DNA of 64,000 bases from a virus. Positions 1 through 8,725 of the stretch are shown here, piece after piece. Below the pieces are notes generated by a model. The model was not told where the DNA came from. It did no database searches and was given only the letters and a program-made list of their open reading frames with translations. A program made the position numbers and the translations under genes. Numbering within the stretch: position 1 is the stretch's first letter; the number at the start of each line of letters is the position of its first letter. The stretch covers positions 18,520 through 82,519 of IMG/VR virus record IMGVR_UViG_3300036851_000321; one strand, given 5' to 3'.

Positions 1-16
1 GTTCCCTTCTTGCGAC

Positions 17-169
17 TCAACTCGGCCATCTGTCCTCCAGCTGCATGAGGTAATCGGCGTGAAAACTCGCGAGCTCCAACACGAGCCCTTCGGGGTAGAC
101 GCCGCCGTGTAGGTAGCGGGCGAGGTCGAAGCACAGGCCTCGGAGGTGGGAGGCGTAGCGGGGGTCCAT
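17..169 (-). CDS. Small hypothetical protein (50 aa, MDPRYASHLRGL...)
   Basis: Translated by hand; start overlaps the stop of 169-435. Confidence 0.5.
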   Translation of the reverse strand: MDPRYASHLRGLCFDLARYLHGGVYPEGLVLELASFHADYLMQLEDRWPS

Positions 170-435
170 TAGGAAGCCCTCTTGCGCTGAAGCGAAGCGC
201 GCCTGTCATATTCAGAAATCACCATCTCCCTCGTCTCCCTCGAGGGCTCCCGACACCCGGCAAGCGCCGCGTACGCCGCCCAGTCAGCCGCGTGAAACAG
301 CCGGAGCCAGGCAGCGATCACGTGGGCGTCGGCGAGGATGTCAACGCGGGCTTCTACGCGCTCGCGGTCGATGGCGGAGATGAGGGCGCGGGATTTGTTG
401 AGGCGGGCGATGCGCTCGAAGTTGTTGGCGCTCAC
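169..435 (-). CDS. Hypothetical protein, leftward early operon
   Basis: Start/stop overlaps with both neighbours. Confidence 0.7.
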   Translation of the reverse strand: MSANNFERIARLNKSRALISAIDRERVEARVDILADAHVIAAWLRLFHAADWAAYAALAGCREPSRETREMVISEYDRRASLQRKRAS

Positions 436-632
436 GGCTGCACCTCTGCCGGTTTGATGTCACACTTCCGGTCGATCGCGATGGTGAGCGGGTTGCGCGT
501 CGCCGTAAGGACGACGGGCATCCCAGTGGCCGTCTTGCGTCGCACCCAGGCCGGCAGCCACTTGCCGCCGAACAGGATCTCGACGCGCTGCCGCACGCTG
601 TAGGCGTCTTGCCAACGGGCGCGTACCTTCAT
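432..632 (-). CDS. Hypothetical protein
   Basis: ATGA overlap with upstream gene; GGAGG-type RBS. Confidence 0.7.
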   Translation of the reverse strand: MKVRARWQDAYSVRQRVEILFGGKWLPAWVRRKTATGMPVVLTATRNPLTIAIDRKCDIKPAEVQP

Positions 633-784
633 GGTTCCTCCTTTTCGCAGCAGTCGTCACAGACGTTGTCGTCCGGATGTCCCGGCTCGAAGTCCTCGCC
701 GCACACGTCGCACGTGTAGATGTCAGCCAGATCCTCTGATTCGCTGTACTCAGCGTCCGCTCCTCCGAAATCCCAGTCGGTCAT
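629..784 (-). CDS. Small acidic Zn-finger protein (51 aa)
   Basis: MTDWDFGG...CDVC...CDDC; start re-chosen at ATGA overlap. Confidence 0.65.
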   Translation of the reverse strand: MTDWDFGGADAEYSESEDLADIYTCDVCGEDFEPGHPDDNVCDDCCEKEEP

Positions 785-1224
785 GGCGACGCCTTCGGCG
801 CGTGAACGAAACCGGCTGCACGAATCCGCCGAACGCACTCGGGGCACGTGACGAAGGCCGCCTCCCGGCTTTTCTTGCTCTTCAGCGTGGCGAAGGGGTG
901 GAGGCCGCCGCTCGCCTCGTGCGCGTCCTCGAGCCCACGACCACAGACGAGCTCGACCTGACCGCTCCTGAGCTTGCGCTCCTGGTAGACACGGCGACCG
1001 GACCAGCAACTATCGCCGCCAGAGAAGCCCACGAAGGTCGCCGAGCGCGCATGGATCGGCTCGGGCTCGACGCTGGCGATCCGAGCGTCGTCGCCATTAC
1101 GACGAGCCTCGGCCTGGAGCGCGATGCACTCCTCCTTCGTGCCGCGCCCGCTCTCGAGGAACTCGCCACGAACGAAGACGAGTACCCGGTGGGTAGCAGC
1201 CACTATGGCGACTGCGGCGCTCAC
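781..1224 (-). CDS. Hypothetical protein with C-terminal CPEC motif
   Basis: Start re-chosen at GTGA overlap with 1221-1673. Confidence 0.6.
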   Translation of the reverse strand: MSAAVAIVAATHRVLVFVRGEFLESGRGTKEECIALQAEARRNGDDARIASVEPEPIHARSATFVGFSGGDSCWSGRRVYQERKLRSGQVELVCGRGLEDAHEASGGLHPFATLKSKKSREAAFVTCPECVRRIRAAGFVHAPKASP

Positions 1225-1673
1225 GATCCAGCCCTCCCGCACATCGCCCCAACCCCGCCAAACAACTCCGCCCGATCCCACACCCAAAACGTCTGCCGGA
1301 ATCCCGACCCCGTCATCCCGGTACGGTTCCGGCTCGCGCATTCGAGGTCGGCCGCCTCACGGGTCGCGTGCTCGCCGTGGTGCGTCGTGGCGTTGAAGCC
1401 CGGGTGGTCCTCGACGACAACGAAGCGGGAGGCCAGGCGGTTCTCGATGATCTGGTGCGCGCGCTTGATCTCCGAGGCGGTCGGGTAGCCTGAGCGAGAG
1501 AGCGCCAGGAGCTCGCGGGAGAGCGAGGGGGAGGCGATCGGGCGGACGGGGGCGAGCGGGGGGAGGCCTTCGACCAGGGAGATCGTTGGGACCCGGGGCG
1601 GCCGAAGGGGGCTCGCTACGGGGGTGAGGTCGGTCGGGAGGGCTGGAACGGTTGGGGTGGAGAGGGTTTGCAT
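1221..1673 (-). CDS. Hypothetical protein, Pro-rich N-terminus; first gene of leftward operon
   Basis: ORF begins just downstream of the operator at 1694-1716. Confidence 0.6.
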   Translation of the reverse strand: MQTLSTPTVPALPTDLTPVASPLRPPRVPTISLVEGLPPLAPVRPIASPSLSRELLALSRSGYPTASEIKRAHQIIENRLASRFVVVEDHPGFNATTHHGEHATREAADLECASRNRTGMTGSGFRQTFWVWDRAELFGGVGAMCGRAGS

Positions 1674-1693
1674 GGGGTGCTCTGTGCTGACTC

Positions 1694-1716
1694 GTAAAGG
1701 TAAACATACCTTGACC
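1694..1716. promoter_or_regulatory. Putative repressor operator (left copy)
   Basis: GTAAAGGTA-aaca-TACCTTGACC; palindromic core AAGGTA-N4-TACCTT; same motif at 2192-2214. Confidence 0.75.
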
Positions 1717-1766
1717 GTCTTGGCAAAGAGAAATCGACCTACGCGGTGCGTTATTTCACCCTAGGG

Positions 1767-2126
1767 CTACCCCGTGGGCTTGTGGCTCGGGCGCTCTTCG
1801 GACTCAGGAGCGACGCTGTCTCCGCGTCGCTTCCTGGCGAATTCCATGACCTTTCGGTCGCGGTACTCCCGCCCTTGCCGCTCCCACCACCCTAGCGCGT
1901 CGTCCAGGATCTGGCCCGGCGATCTGCCGTCTAGTTTGGCCAGGCGGATGAGCGTCCACACTCCGCCTCCGGGTTTCCCCGTTCGGATCTGCGAGACCTG
2001 GGCCTTGCTGACCCCCGTGCGTCGCTGGATCTCTGGTCCGTTGATGCCAGCGCGGTCCCAGTTCTCGAGCAATAGCCCGAGGTACCAAAAAAGAGCTTCC
2101 CCCCGGTCGTCGTCCGGGTTTGCCAT
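1767..2126 (-). CDS. CI-like immunity repressor (XRE-type HTH)
   Basis: GPEIQRRTGVSKAQVSQIRTGK HTH; divergent from a Cro-like gene. Confidence 0.75.
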   Translation of the reverse strand: MANPDDDRGEALFWYLGLLLENWDRAGINGPEIQRRTGVSKAQVSQIRTGKPGGGVWTLIRLAKLDGRSPGQILDDALGWWERQGREYRDRKVMEFARKRRGDSVAPESEERPSHKPTG

Positions 2127-2191
2127 TGGGCGCGCGACACACTCTAGCGTCAAGCCGACCTTACGCTAAAAGAAAGTACTTGCACGTTCCG

Positions 2192-2214
2192 GTAAAGGTA
2201 TGCTTACCTTGACC
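2192..2214. promoter_or_regulatory. Putative repressor operator overlapping the rightward promoter
   Basis: GTAAAGGTA-tgct-TACCTTGACC ends 4 nt before the cro ATG; TTGCAC at 2180-2185. Confidence 0.75.
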
Positions 2215-2218
2215 CGAG

Positions 2219-2542
2219 ATGAGCGACGCCGAGTTCCCGGGCCCGGAGCTGTTTGAGGGGTTCCTCACGGCTCATGACATCAAGCGGGAGGCGGCCGGCG
2301 AGGCGCTTGGCGTCTCCAGAATGACCATCTGGTCCTGGATAAACCGCGAGTCGGTTCCGTCTGAGCAGTCGCGCCACGACATCGGAATTTGGACGAATGG
2401 CGCGGTACCGGCCGAGAGCTGGCCCCCGTCTGCCGATCGCCGGAAGAGGGTCGTCGAGGTGGCGCCGTTTGAGCCGAAGCCGTCGGACGACGATCCGCCC
2501 GCCTCCGAATCAAAGCCAAACGGACACGAGGGGGCGGCTTGA
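2219..2542 (+). CDS. Cro-like HTH regulator
   Basis: REAAGEALGVSRMTIWSWINRESVP HTH; C-terminal VPAESW as in Cro-like proteins. Confidence 0.8.
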   Translation: MSDAEFPGPELFEGFLTAHDIKREAAGEALGVSRMTIWSWINRESVPSEQSRHDIGIWTNGAVPAESWPPSADRRKRVVEVAPFEPKPSDDDPPASESKPNGHEGAA

Positions 2543-3492
2543 GACGCCTGGCGCGCCCCACCACCGACACCGAACGCGCCGAGGGCTCGCGGTATGGCCG
2601 CTGGGTGCTCGTCGAGCGAGCGTCCGGCATGAAGGTTCGCGCCCGTTGCGACTGTGGCAACGAGAAGGTTGTTTACTTCTTCAATCTCCGAAGCGGAATG
2701 TCGCGGTCGTGCGGCTGTCTCGCCCGCGAGGTGTGCAGCGCGAATGCCCGCACCCACGGCGGCACGGGGACAGCCATCTACCGGATTTGGGCGGGCATGA
2801 AGGCCCGGTGTCACGGATCGCCAAGGCTGAAGCAGTTCAAGGACTACGGCGGGCGCGGGATCGCGGTCTGTCCGGAGTGGCTCGGCGATGGAGGATTCGA
2901 GCGCTTCGTAGCGGACATGGGGCCACGTCCGTCGCCGAAGCACTCGCTCGATCGCTATCCCGACAACAACGGGAACTACGAGCCGGGAAACTGTCGGTGG
3001 GCGACCGACAAGGAGCAGGCGCGCAACACTCGCAGAAACGTCTGGCTCGAGCACGGCGGTCGCCGGATGCTCGCCACCGACTGGGCGACGGAGCTCGGCA
3101 TCTCGCGTCAGGCCATCGAGCAACGAATCCGTTGGGGCTGGTCGGAGGAAAAAATCTGTACGACGCGGGGTCCCAAGCTTGCAGACGTTCTGCGCGGGCG
3201 CGTTCCCGGAACACGTAAGCTTGTGTGCAACGGAGTCCGCGACACAGTCGCGGGCTGGGAGCGACGGACCGGCGTCAACCACCGAACGATACTCACGCGT
3301 CTGAAAGCCGGTCGCTCGGTTGAGGAAGCATTGACGGTTGGCCGGCTTCCGGTGCGCCGCCGCCCGCGCGAGGCGGTTCCTCGTGTTCGGTATGACCATC
3401 CGCGCCCTCCGCGCAAACGTACCCAGTGCAGCCGATGCGCCGGCTTCGGCCACAACAAGGCCACCTGCGAAAACCAGATCAAGGCCGCCTAG
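2539..3492 (+). CDS. HNH homing-endonuclease-like protein with C-terminal CCHC zinc knuckle
   Basis: RCDCG...SRSCGC, YRIWAGMKARC, YGGRGI, SLDRYPDNNGNYEPGNCRWAT; ends CSRCAGFGHNKATC. Confidence 0.85.
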   Translation: MRRLARPTTDTERAEGSRYGRWVLVERASGMKVRARCDCGNEKVVYFFNLRSGMSRSCGCLAREVCSANARTHGGTGTAIYRIWAGMKARCHGSPRLKQFKDYGGRGIAVCPEWLGDGGFERFVADMGPRPSPKHSLDRYPDNNGNYEPGNCRWATDKEQARNTRRNVWLEHGGRRMLATDWATELGISRQAIEQRIRWGWSEEKICTTRGPKLADVLRGRVPGTRKLVCNGVRDTVAGWERRTGVNHRTILTRLKAGRSVEEALTVGRLPVRRRPREAVPRVRYDHPRPPRKRTQCSRCAGFGHNKATCENQIKAA

Positions 3493-3495
3493 CCC

Positions 3496-3624
3496 ATGCG
3501 CACTCTCGCCCGCACCACCCTTCTCGTCACCGTAGCCGTCGGCATCGTCGCGGTCACGGTGGCTGGGTTTGCGTTTGAGCGTCTGTATCAGGTGTTGGAG
3601 AAGAAGCCGAAGGAGGACGCTTGA
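3496..3624 (+). CDS. Small single-TM protein (42 aa)
   Basis: Hand translation MRTLARTTLLVTVAVGIVAVTVAGFAF...; stop overlaps next start. Confidence 0.55.
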   Translation: MRTLARTTLLVTVAVGIVAVTVAGFAFERLYQVLEKKPKEDA

Positions 3625-3926
3625 GCGCCCACACCTCTGAGCGTCCGTCGGGACCTGGTCTCGCGAAGTGTCCATCATTCTCCGAGGACGAGAACAGCAA
3701 CTTGCGCGCCAAGGTTCAGTTCGAGGCGCGCATCGTCGCGGTTGGTCTCGGTGGCCGCTCTGTTCGCTGGCTCGCCGACAACGTGTTCAAGGTCCCGCAC
3801 ACGACACTGGCGGAGCGCAGATCTCGCCGTCGTCTCGATCTGGCGCCGAAGGAAGAATGGTTCCGCGCGCTGAACGAGTGGGCGGACTGGCAGCGGCTCG
3901 GATCGAAGTTTGGAGCGTCGCGCTGA
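3621..3926 (+). CDS. Hypothetical, possible DNA-binding protein (CII position)
   Basis: AGGAGG RBS; SVRWLADNVFKVPHTTLAERR is HTH-like. Confidence 0.5.
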   Translation: MSAHTSERPSGPGLAKCPSFSEDENSNLRAKVQFEARIVAVGLGGRSVRWLADNVFKVPHTTLAERRSRRRLDLAPKEEWFRALNEWADWQRLGSKFGASR

Positions 3927-4062
3927 TGGTCTTTTTTTTGGCCCCACCGTGTCCGCGTACAGCAATCTTTGCGCACGATCGCCAAACCACGCAACGCGCG
4001 TGGGTGAAGGTTCGCTCAGGGTCCACGAATGTTGCGCGTCGCGTATGTTCAGGGGGTGAGTC

Positions 4063-4404
4063 GTGATCAGCACCCGTCAACGCGAGGCCCTCTGTGCCCT
4101 CGGCCGTGATGAATGGGTCGTCGCGTCGGAGGTAGCAAAGCGCGCCGGGATGTCTTCCGCCTATGGCCCGCTGACGCGACTGATGCGCATGGGCCTGGTC
4201 GAGCTCGACGGCTCAACGTGGCCGCATCGTTGGCGACGCACTGGCGCGAACGTTCGCTTCAACGACGGCGGCCCCCCGTGGGAAACCGCCTGCTCAAGTT
4301 TCGAGCCTGGCGACGAACTGACTCCGTTACCGGACGACATCTGCGGCGCGTGCGGGCGATCCCACGCAGAGCACGCGTCCACCCTTTCAGCCGGAGCCGC
4401 GTAG
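4063..4404 (+). CDS. Winged-HTH protein with C-terminal Cys/His cluster
   Basis: ASEVAKRAGMS...LTRLMRMGLVE; CGACGRSHAEH. Confidence 0.6.
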   Translation: MISTRQREALCALGRDEWVVASEVAKRAGMSSAYGPLTRLMRMGLVELDGSTWPHRWRRTGANVRFNDGGPPWETACSSFEPGDELTPLPDDICGACGRSHAEHASTLSAGAA

Positions 4405-4512
4405 CCGAATGCCTTCCCCGACTACGCGCACACGTGTCCCCGCTGGTGGGATCCAAATGCACTGGGAATCCTGCCGTATCGGCATGCCCGCCTTGAACTG
4501 CAACGGAGGTGG

Positions 4513-4734
4513 GTGATGGGTCGCCCGTTTCTCGCCCAGCTCGTCATCGACATCGCCAAGAACCTTGGCGCGCACGTCTGCGTGTCATGCGGCACGTGGT
4601 CGTTTCGCTCGTGGGAGCGGTTGCGCGAACGCGGCTGGTGGCACGGGACGTGGGGCGCCCCGCCCTACGACGGGATCACGCTCTGCGATGACTGCCACCA
4701 AAACAGCGAGGGCGCCGATGTGCCGCTCGGGTAA
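4513..4734 (+). CDS. Small Zn-finger protein
   Basis: CVSCG and CDDCH pairs; GGAGGT RBS. Confidence 0.55.
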   Translation: MMGRPFLAQLVIDIAKNLGAHVCVSCGTWSFRSWERLRERGWWHGTWGAPPYDGITLCDDCHQNSEGADVPLG

Positions 4735-5110
4735 GACCATGCTCTGCTACGTACCGATTCCCGGCAGGTTGAGTCACACCGGCGAGCGTCGGTGGTCGTG
4801 GAAACCGGTGGACTGGTGCATCGCCGAACTCGTGTGCGAGCTCAACCGAGCGGGAGAACTCACGGCCGGTTCGTGCTGTGGCCATCGGCGCGGCGCACCG
4901 GGTTCCGTTGTGTTCCACGACGGGCGGGATCTCACCGTCAAGGAGGCGACGGGGCTTCTTTCGACCCACGGCGTTGTGCTCCAGAAGCACATCCATCCGG
5001 CCGATCCATCGCGCGGCGACGGCACGGGTTCGGTCTACTACCCAGAGCGCGATCAGTTCCGAGACTTCTCGCGGCCGTCGCACCGCGCGCGCAGCTTGGG
5101 GGAAACGTAA
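4718..5110 (+). CDS. Hypothetical phage protein
   Basis: VDWCIAELVCELNRAGELTAGSCCGH motif. Confidence 0.6.
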   Translation: MCRSGKTMLCYVPIPGRLSHTGERRWSWKPVDWCIAELVCELNRAGELTAGSCCGHRRGAPGSVVFHDGRDLTVKEATGLLSTHGVVLQKHIHPADPSRGDGTGSVYYPERDQFRDFSRPSHRARSLGET

Positions 5111-5114
5111 GCCG

Positions 5115-5345
5115 ATGTCTCTCTCGATGAACGCCCCCCTAACCCGACTCGACAGAAACGGCCACCACTCCCTAGCCGCGCCGCTGTCCCGCACTTCCCA
5201 GCTCTCCCGCCTTCTGCTCGAGGCCGCCATCGTCTTCGCGATCGTCGGGGCTGCTCTCGTGTACATCGGGTGGTTGGCCGAAGGGTTTGTGCCGGTGTGG
5301 GTGGAGCGGGAGAGCGGGGACGAGATGCGAACGGAGGAGCCGTGA
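5115..5345 (+). CDS. Small membrane protein
   Basis: Hydrophobic AAIVFAIVGAALVYIGWL; stop overlaps next start. Confidence 0.5.
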   Translation: MSLSMNAPLTRLDRNGHHSLAAPLSRTSQLSRLLLEAAIVFAIVGAALVYIGWLAEGFVPVWVERESGDEMRTEEP

Positions 5346-5569
5346 GCGACGAAGCCAGGATCCTGATTCTCGGCTTGGCGATCCCGATCTTCGCCTTTGC
5401 TGGGCTTTGGTCCGGCATGCGCCGCGGGAAAATCGATGCCTGGGACGCCACCACCACCGCGATCGAAAACGACAGGTGCGCCCTCCGCGGTCTCGTGCTC
5501 CTCCGTGGCCAAGCCGGCGAGTTCGTCTGCGTGCAGCCCGGGGCGGAGAAGTATCGGGGGAAGCGGTGA
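5342..5569 (+). CDS. Small membrane protein
   Basis: GGAGGAG RBS; ILILGLAIPIFAFAGLW TM segment. Confidence 0.55.
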   Translation: MSDEARILILGLAIPIFAFAGLWSGMRRGKIDAWDATTTAIENDRCALRGLVLLRGQAGEFVCVQPGAEKYRGKR

Positions 5570-5862
5570 GCCTCCCCGTCGTCCTGATTCCACACCCTCA
5601 CGTCCGAATGGACGCGAGCGTCATGAACGGGAGCCCGTACGTCGTCGGTTCGCGCGTTCCGGTGCGTCGGATCTACGGGTTCTTCAAGGGCGGATCCAGC
5701 TTGGAGCGCATCGTCAAACGTTACCCGCAGCTCGGTGCCGCCAAGGTGATCGACGCGCTCGCCTTCGCGCTCGACAACACGGACCTGTTGGAGGCGGACA
5801 TCGCTCGGGAGCAGGCCAATATCGACAGGGTGACAAGGGGCACGGAGGCGCCGAAGCCGTGA
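5566..5862 (+). CDS. DUF433-family protein (antitoxin-like HTH)
   Basis: VMNGSPYVVGSRVPVRRI...GSSLERIVKRYPQL...VIDALAF matches the DUF433 pattern. Confidence 0.85.
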   Translation: MSLPVVLIPHPHVRMDASVMNGSPYVVGSRVPVRRIYGFFKGGSSLERIVKRYPQLGAAKVIDALAFALDNTDLLEADIAREQANIDRVTRGTEAPKP

Positions 5863-6013
5863 TGCGCCCCACCCTCTTCACCATCCGCGCAATCCGCGCC
5901 TACTCCCGCCCGCCACGCATCTGGCTCACGTACGGGCTCGATGGCGCGGTCCGGCGGTTGCGGAGGGAGCAGAGGCGGAGCGACGAGCGGCGAACGGATT
6001 CAAGCGTTGGGAG

Positions 6014-6196
6014 GTGGTGTTGAAACTACCCGCCGACCTCACCTTCGCCGAGCTCCGGGAGATCGTCCGTGGCATCGTCCGTGAAGAGCGCGCAGCCGAG
6101 CGTAAGCTCCGGTCCGTGAAGGCACCGACGCGCAAGGCTTCGCCGAAGCGCGTCGCCCAGGTCCGCCGCTCACTTCGTCAGTTGGGGGTCGGATGA
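6014..6196 (+). CDS. Small basic protein upstream of int (possible directionality factor)
   Basis: 60 aa, Arg/Lys-rich, ATGA-coupled to integrase. Confidence 0.45.
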   Translation: MVLKLPADLTFAELREIVRGIVREERAAERKLRSVKAPTRKASPKRVAQVRRSLRQLGVG

Positions 6197-7470
6197 GGCG
6201 CCAGGCCGCCACCGTCGAAGAGCACCCGAGGGGATCGGGGCGGTTCCGCGTGCGAGCTCGCGTGAAGGGCAAGCGCCCGGTCATCGCGAGGGGCCTCGGT
6301 GAAGCAGAGGCGCACGAGATCGCTGATGCCTATCACGTGGTCCGCCACGAAACCGACCAGCAGGACCGGCTCACCCTGGCGGAGTTCGGTGAGAGCTTCC
6401 TGAAGCGCCGCGAACGATCCGGCGTCCGCGCTATCCGGACGGATCGGTCTCGCTGGAGCAAGCACATCGCGAAGGCACAGATTGGTGAACTCCCGGTGGC
6501 TCAGCTCCACAGCCGCGATGTTTGGGGGTGGCTCGACGGCCTGACGGACCTCGCGTACCGCACCCAGCTCCGCCTCCTGAACCTGCTCCGGGTGGCCCTC
6601 CAAGAAGCCGTCCGCCGGCGCGTGGCCGAGACCAACCCGGCCCGAGACGTGGAAATCCACAAGGCGGCTGCCGCTCGAGCGACGGACGACCTGGAGGGCA
6701 TCCTGAACCCCGCCGAGCAACAAGCTCTAGTTGCCGCCGTACCCGTCCGGGAGCGACCCACCGTCGTCTTTGCTCTCTGCACCGGCCTCCGTCAGGCCGA
6801 GCAGTGGTGGCTCAAGTGGGAGGACGTGAAGCCCGACCGGGTGGTCGTCTCCCGCTCCGCCGATGGCCTGCCGACGAAGAGCGGGAAGCCTCGCCCGGTG
6901 CCCCTGCTGCCTCCAGCGCTCGCCGCCCTGGAGGCCCTCCCGCGGCGCTCCCCGTGGGTCTTCCCTGCCCTTCGCGGGTCACGCCGAGCGAACGGCAAGC
7001 CGCCTCGCGGCTGGGCGAAGTGGGTCAAGGCGGCCGGTATCAAGCGCCCGATCCGCTGGCACGATCTCCGGCACACCTGCGCGACCTCGCTCCTAGCGGG
7101 TTGGTGGGGACGGAAGTGGTCGCTCGACGAAGTTTGCTCGCTGCTCGGACACTCGTCGGTGCAGGTGACGGAGCGGTACGCGCGGAAGCTAGACAGCACG
7201 CTGGAGGCCGCAGTCATTGGGACCACTGGTCCCACGGTCCCGACGCTGAAAGCGTCTAACCACTTGAGCCGACTGTCGGATTTGAACCGACGACCTGTGC
7301 TTTACGAAAGCGCTGGAGAGGGGAAGGAAAACGCGAGGGTAGGTAAGCCGGTGGTCACACCCAGTGACCTCCATGACGACGCCGACTACTCCTTCGAGTG
7401 GGCCGCCACCCTAGCCGAACACCAAGAGCGGGCTGAGGCCTTCGCCGCCATCGGGGGAGGGTCGAGGTGA
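6193..7470 (+). CDS. int: Tyrosine integrase
   Basis: TGLRQAE (R), TKSGK (K), HDLRH, LLGH, TERYA (Y) catalytic motifs. Confidence 0.95.
   Translation: MRRQAATVEEHPRGSGRFRVRARVKGKRPVIARGLGEAEAHEIADAYHVVRHETDQQDRLTLAEFGESFLKRRERSGVRAIRTDRSRWSKHIAKAQIGELPVAQLHSRDVWGWLDGLTDLAYRTQLRLLNLLRVALQEAVRRRVAETNPARDVEIHKAAAARATDDLEGILNPAEQQALVAAVPVRERPTVVFALCTGLRQAEQWWLKWEDVKPDRVVVSRSADGLPTKSGKPRPVPLLPPALAALEALPRRSPWVFPALRGSRRANGKPPRGWAKWVKAAGIKRPIRWHDLRHTCATSLLAGWWGRKWSLDEVCSLLGHSSVQVTERYARKLDSTLEAAVIGTTGPTVPTLKASNHLSRLSDLNRRPVLYESAGEGKENARVGKPVVTPSDLHDDADYSFEWAATLAEHQERAEAFAAIGGGSR
7264..7313 (-). other. attP core: 3' half of tRNA-Thr(CGT), inside the int coding sequence
   Basis: Minus strand reads anticodon loop TTCGTAA, variable loop AGGTC, T-arm GTCGG-TTCAAAT-CCGAC, acceptor strand AGTCGGC-T; no D-arm or 5' half. 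Confidence 0.85.
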
Positions 7471-8210
7471 GCCAACTGGTCCTCTCCCTGTTCCCCGGCG
7501 CCGACCTGCTCGGGATGGCCTTTGAGCTCGAGGGCTTCTGCGTGGTCCAAGGTCCCGACGTTCAGTTCGGGCGGGACGTAAAGGACTTTCATCCGCCGGC
7601 GGGAAGGTTCGACGGGGTGATCGGGGGGCCGCCCTGCCAGGCGTTCTCGCAGCTTCGGACCCAGCACCCAGGGCGCGCGCCGGCGTGGAACGGGATCCCC
7701 GAGTTCGAGCGTGTCGTCGCGGAGGCGCGCCCGGACTGGTTCGTCATGGAGAACGTCCGACAGGCGCCGCTACCAGTGGTCACCGGCTACGCGACGACCG
7801 CCGCACTCTTTCAGAATCGCTGGCTCGGTGAGGAGCAGAGCCGTCTCAGACGCTTCACGCTCGGAGCTCGCGGCGCCAGTACCCCCCCCTCGCTCTACTC
7901 GGCACTGACGCACGACTTCGTCGTCTTCGAGAACGTCGACAAGGCCGGGTGCTTCACGGCGAACGGTTCACAGTGGGAGCCCGGCATCGACAACGGCAAC
8001 CGAAAGGGTCGCTCCCGCTCCGTCCGTACCGACGCCGAATTCCGCCGCGGGTGCCGGCTCCAGGGCTTGCCCGAGACGTTCCTGGAAGACGCACCGTTCA
8101 CCGTCGAAGGCAAGATCCGCCTCGTCGGCAACGCTGTGCCTTTGCCCATGGGTCGGGCCGTTGCCCGGGCGGTGAAGCGGTGTCTTGGCCTGGAAACGGA
8201 GGCCGCATGA
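7467..8210 (+). CDS. DNA cytosine-C5 methyltransferase
   Basis: SLFPGA (variant motif I), GGPPCQAFS, ENV, QSRLR, GNAV. Confidence 0.9.
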   Translation: MSQLVLSLFPGADLLGMAFELEGFCVVQGPDVQFGRDVKDFHPPAGRFDGVIGGPPCQAFSQLRTQHPGRAPAWNGIPEFERVVAEARPDWFVMENVRQAPLPVVTGYATTAALFQNRWLGEEQSRLRRFTLGARGASTPPSLYSALTHDFVVFENVDKAGCFTANGSQWEPGIDNGNRKGRSRSVRTDAEFRRGCRLQGLPETFLEDAPFTVEGKIRLVGNAVPLPMGRAVARAVKRCLGLETEAA

Positions 8211-8725
8211 CGCAGCACGCGCTCTTTCTCGACCCGTCGGAGCCGTCGTGCGCGCTCTCTGCGTGCGGACGTTACCGCTACACGCTGCGCATTCCGCTCA
8301 CCGCCGATCGTCGCGGGGTCTGCCTGTTCGTGATGGCCAATCCGAGCACCGCGATCGTCACGGACGGCGTCTTTGCGTCCGACCCGACCGTCACGCGCTG
8401 CATGAACTTCGCGCGACGCTGGGGCTGCGGGACGCTCATCGTGGAGAACGTGCGGGCGTGGCGGGAAACGGACCCGGACAAGGTGCCGCCTGACCCGTTG
8501 GCAATCGGACCGGAGAACGACGCGCGGATCCGGCGCTCTGCCAAGGAGGCCGACATCGTGGTTTGCGGTTGGGGAAAGCTCGGTGGTGAGCGAGGCCGCG
8601 CAGTCCTCCGAATGCTCGCCGAAGTGTGCGCGCCGACGGCGCTGAAGCTCAACGGCGATGGGAGCCCTGCGCACCCGCTCTACCTCGCGGCTGACCTCAA
8701 GCCGTTCCCGATGGGGGCCGCATGA
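8207..8725 (+). CDS. DUF1643-family protein
   Basis: CGRYRYTL, MANPSTA, DPTVTRC, VVCGWG, HPLY; start at ATGA overlap. Confidence 0.85.
   Translation: MTQHALFLDPSEPSCALSACGRYRYTLRIPLTADRRGVCLFVMANPSTAIVTDGVFASDPTVTRCMNFARRWGCGTLIVENVRAWRETDPDKVPPDPLAIGPENDARIRRSAKEADIVVCGWGKLGGERGRAVLRMLAEVCAPTALKLNGDGSPAHPLYLAADLKPFPMGAA

Noticed and set aside
2272-3678. Long antisense/alternative ORFs (also 35587-36948, 52486-54159, 57320-58018, 60314-61399)
   Set aside because: Shadow frames of motif-bearing genes, common in high-GC DNA; no recognisable motifs.
3926-3945. Poly-T tract as a terminator or phase-variation site
   Set aside because: Intergenic, and no convincing stem directly precedes it.
7264-7345. 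Complete tRNA-Thr gene
   Set aside because: Only the anticodon-to-acceptor half is present; no D-arm or 5' acceptor strand, so it is called attP.
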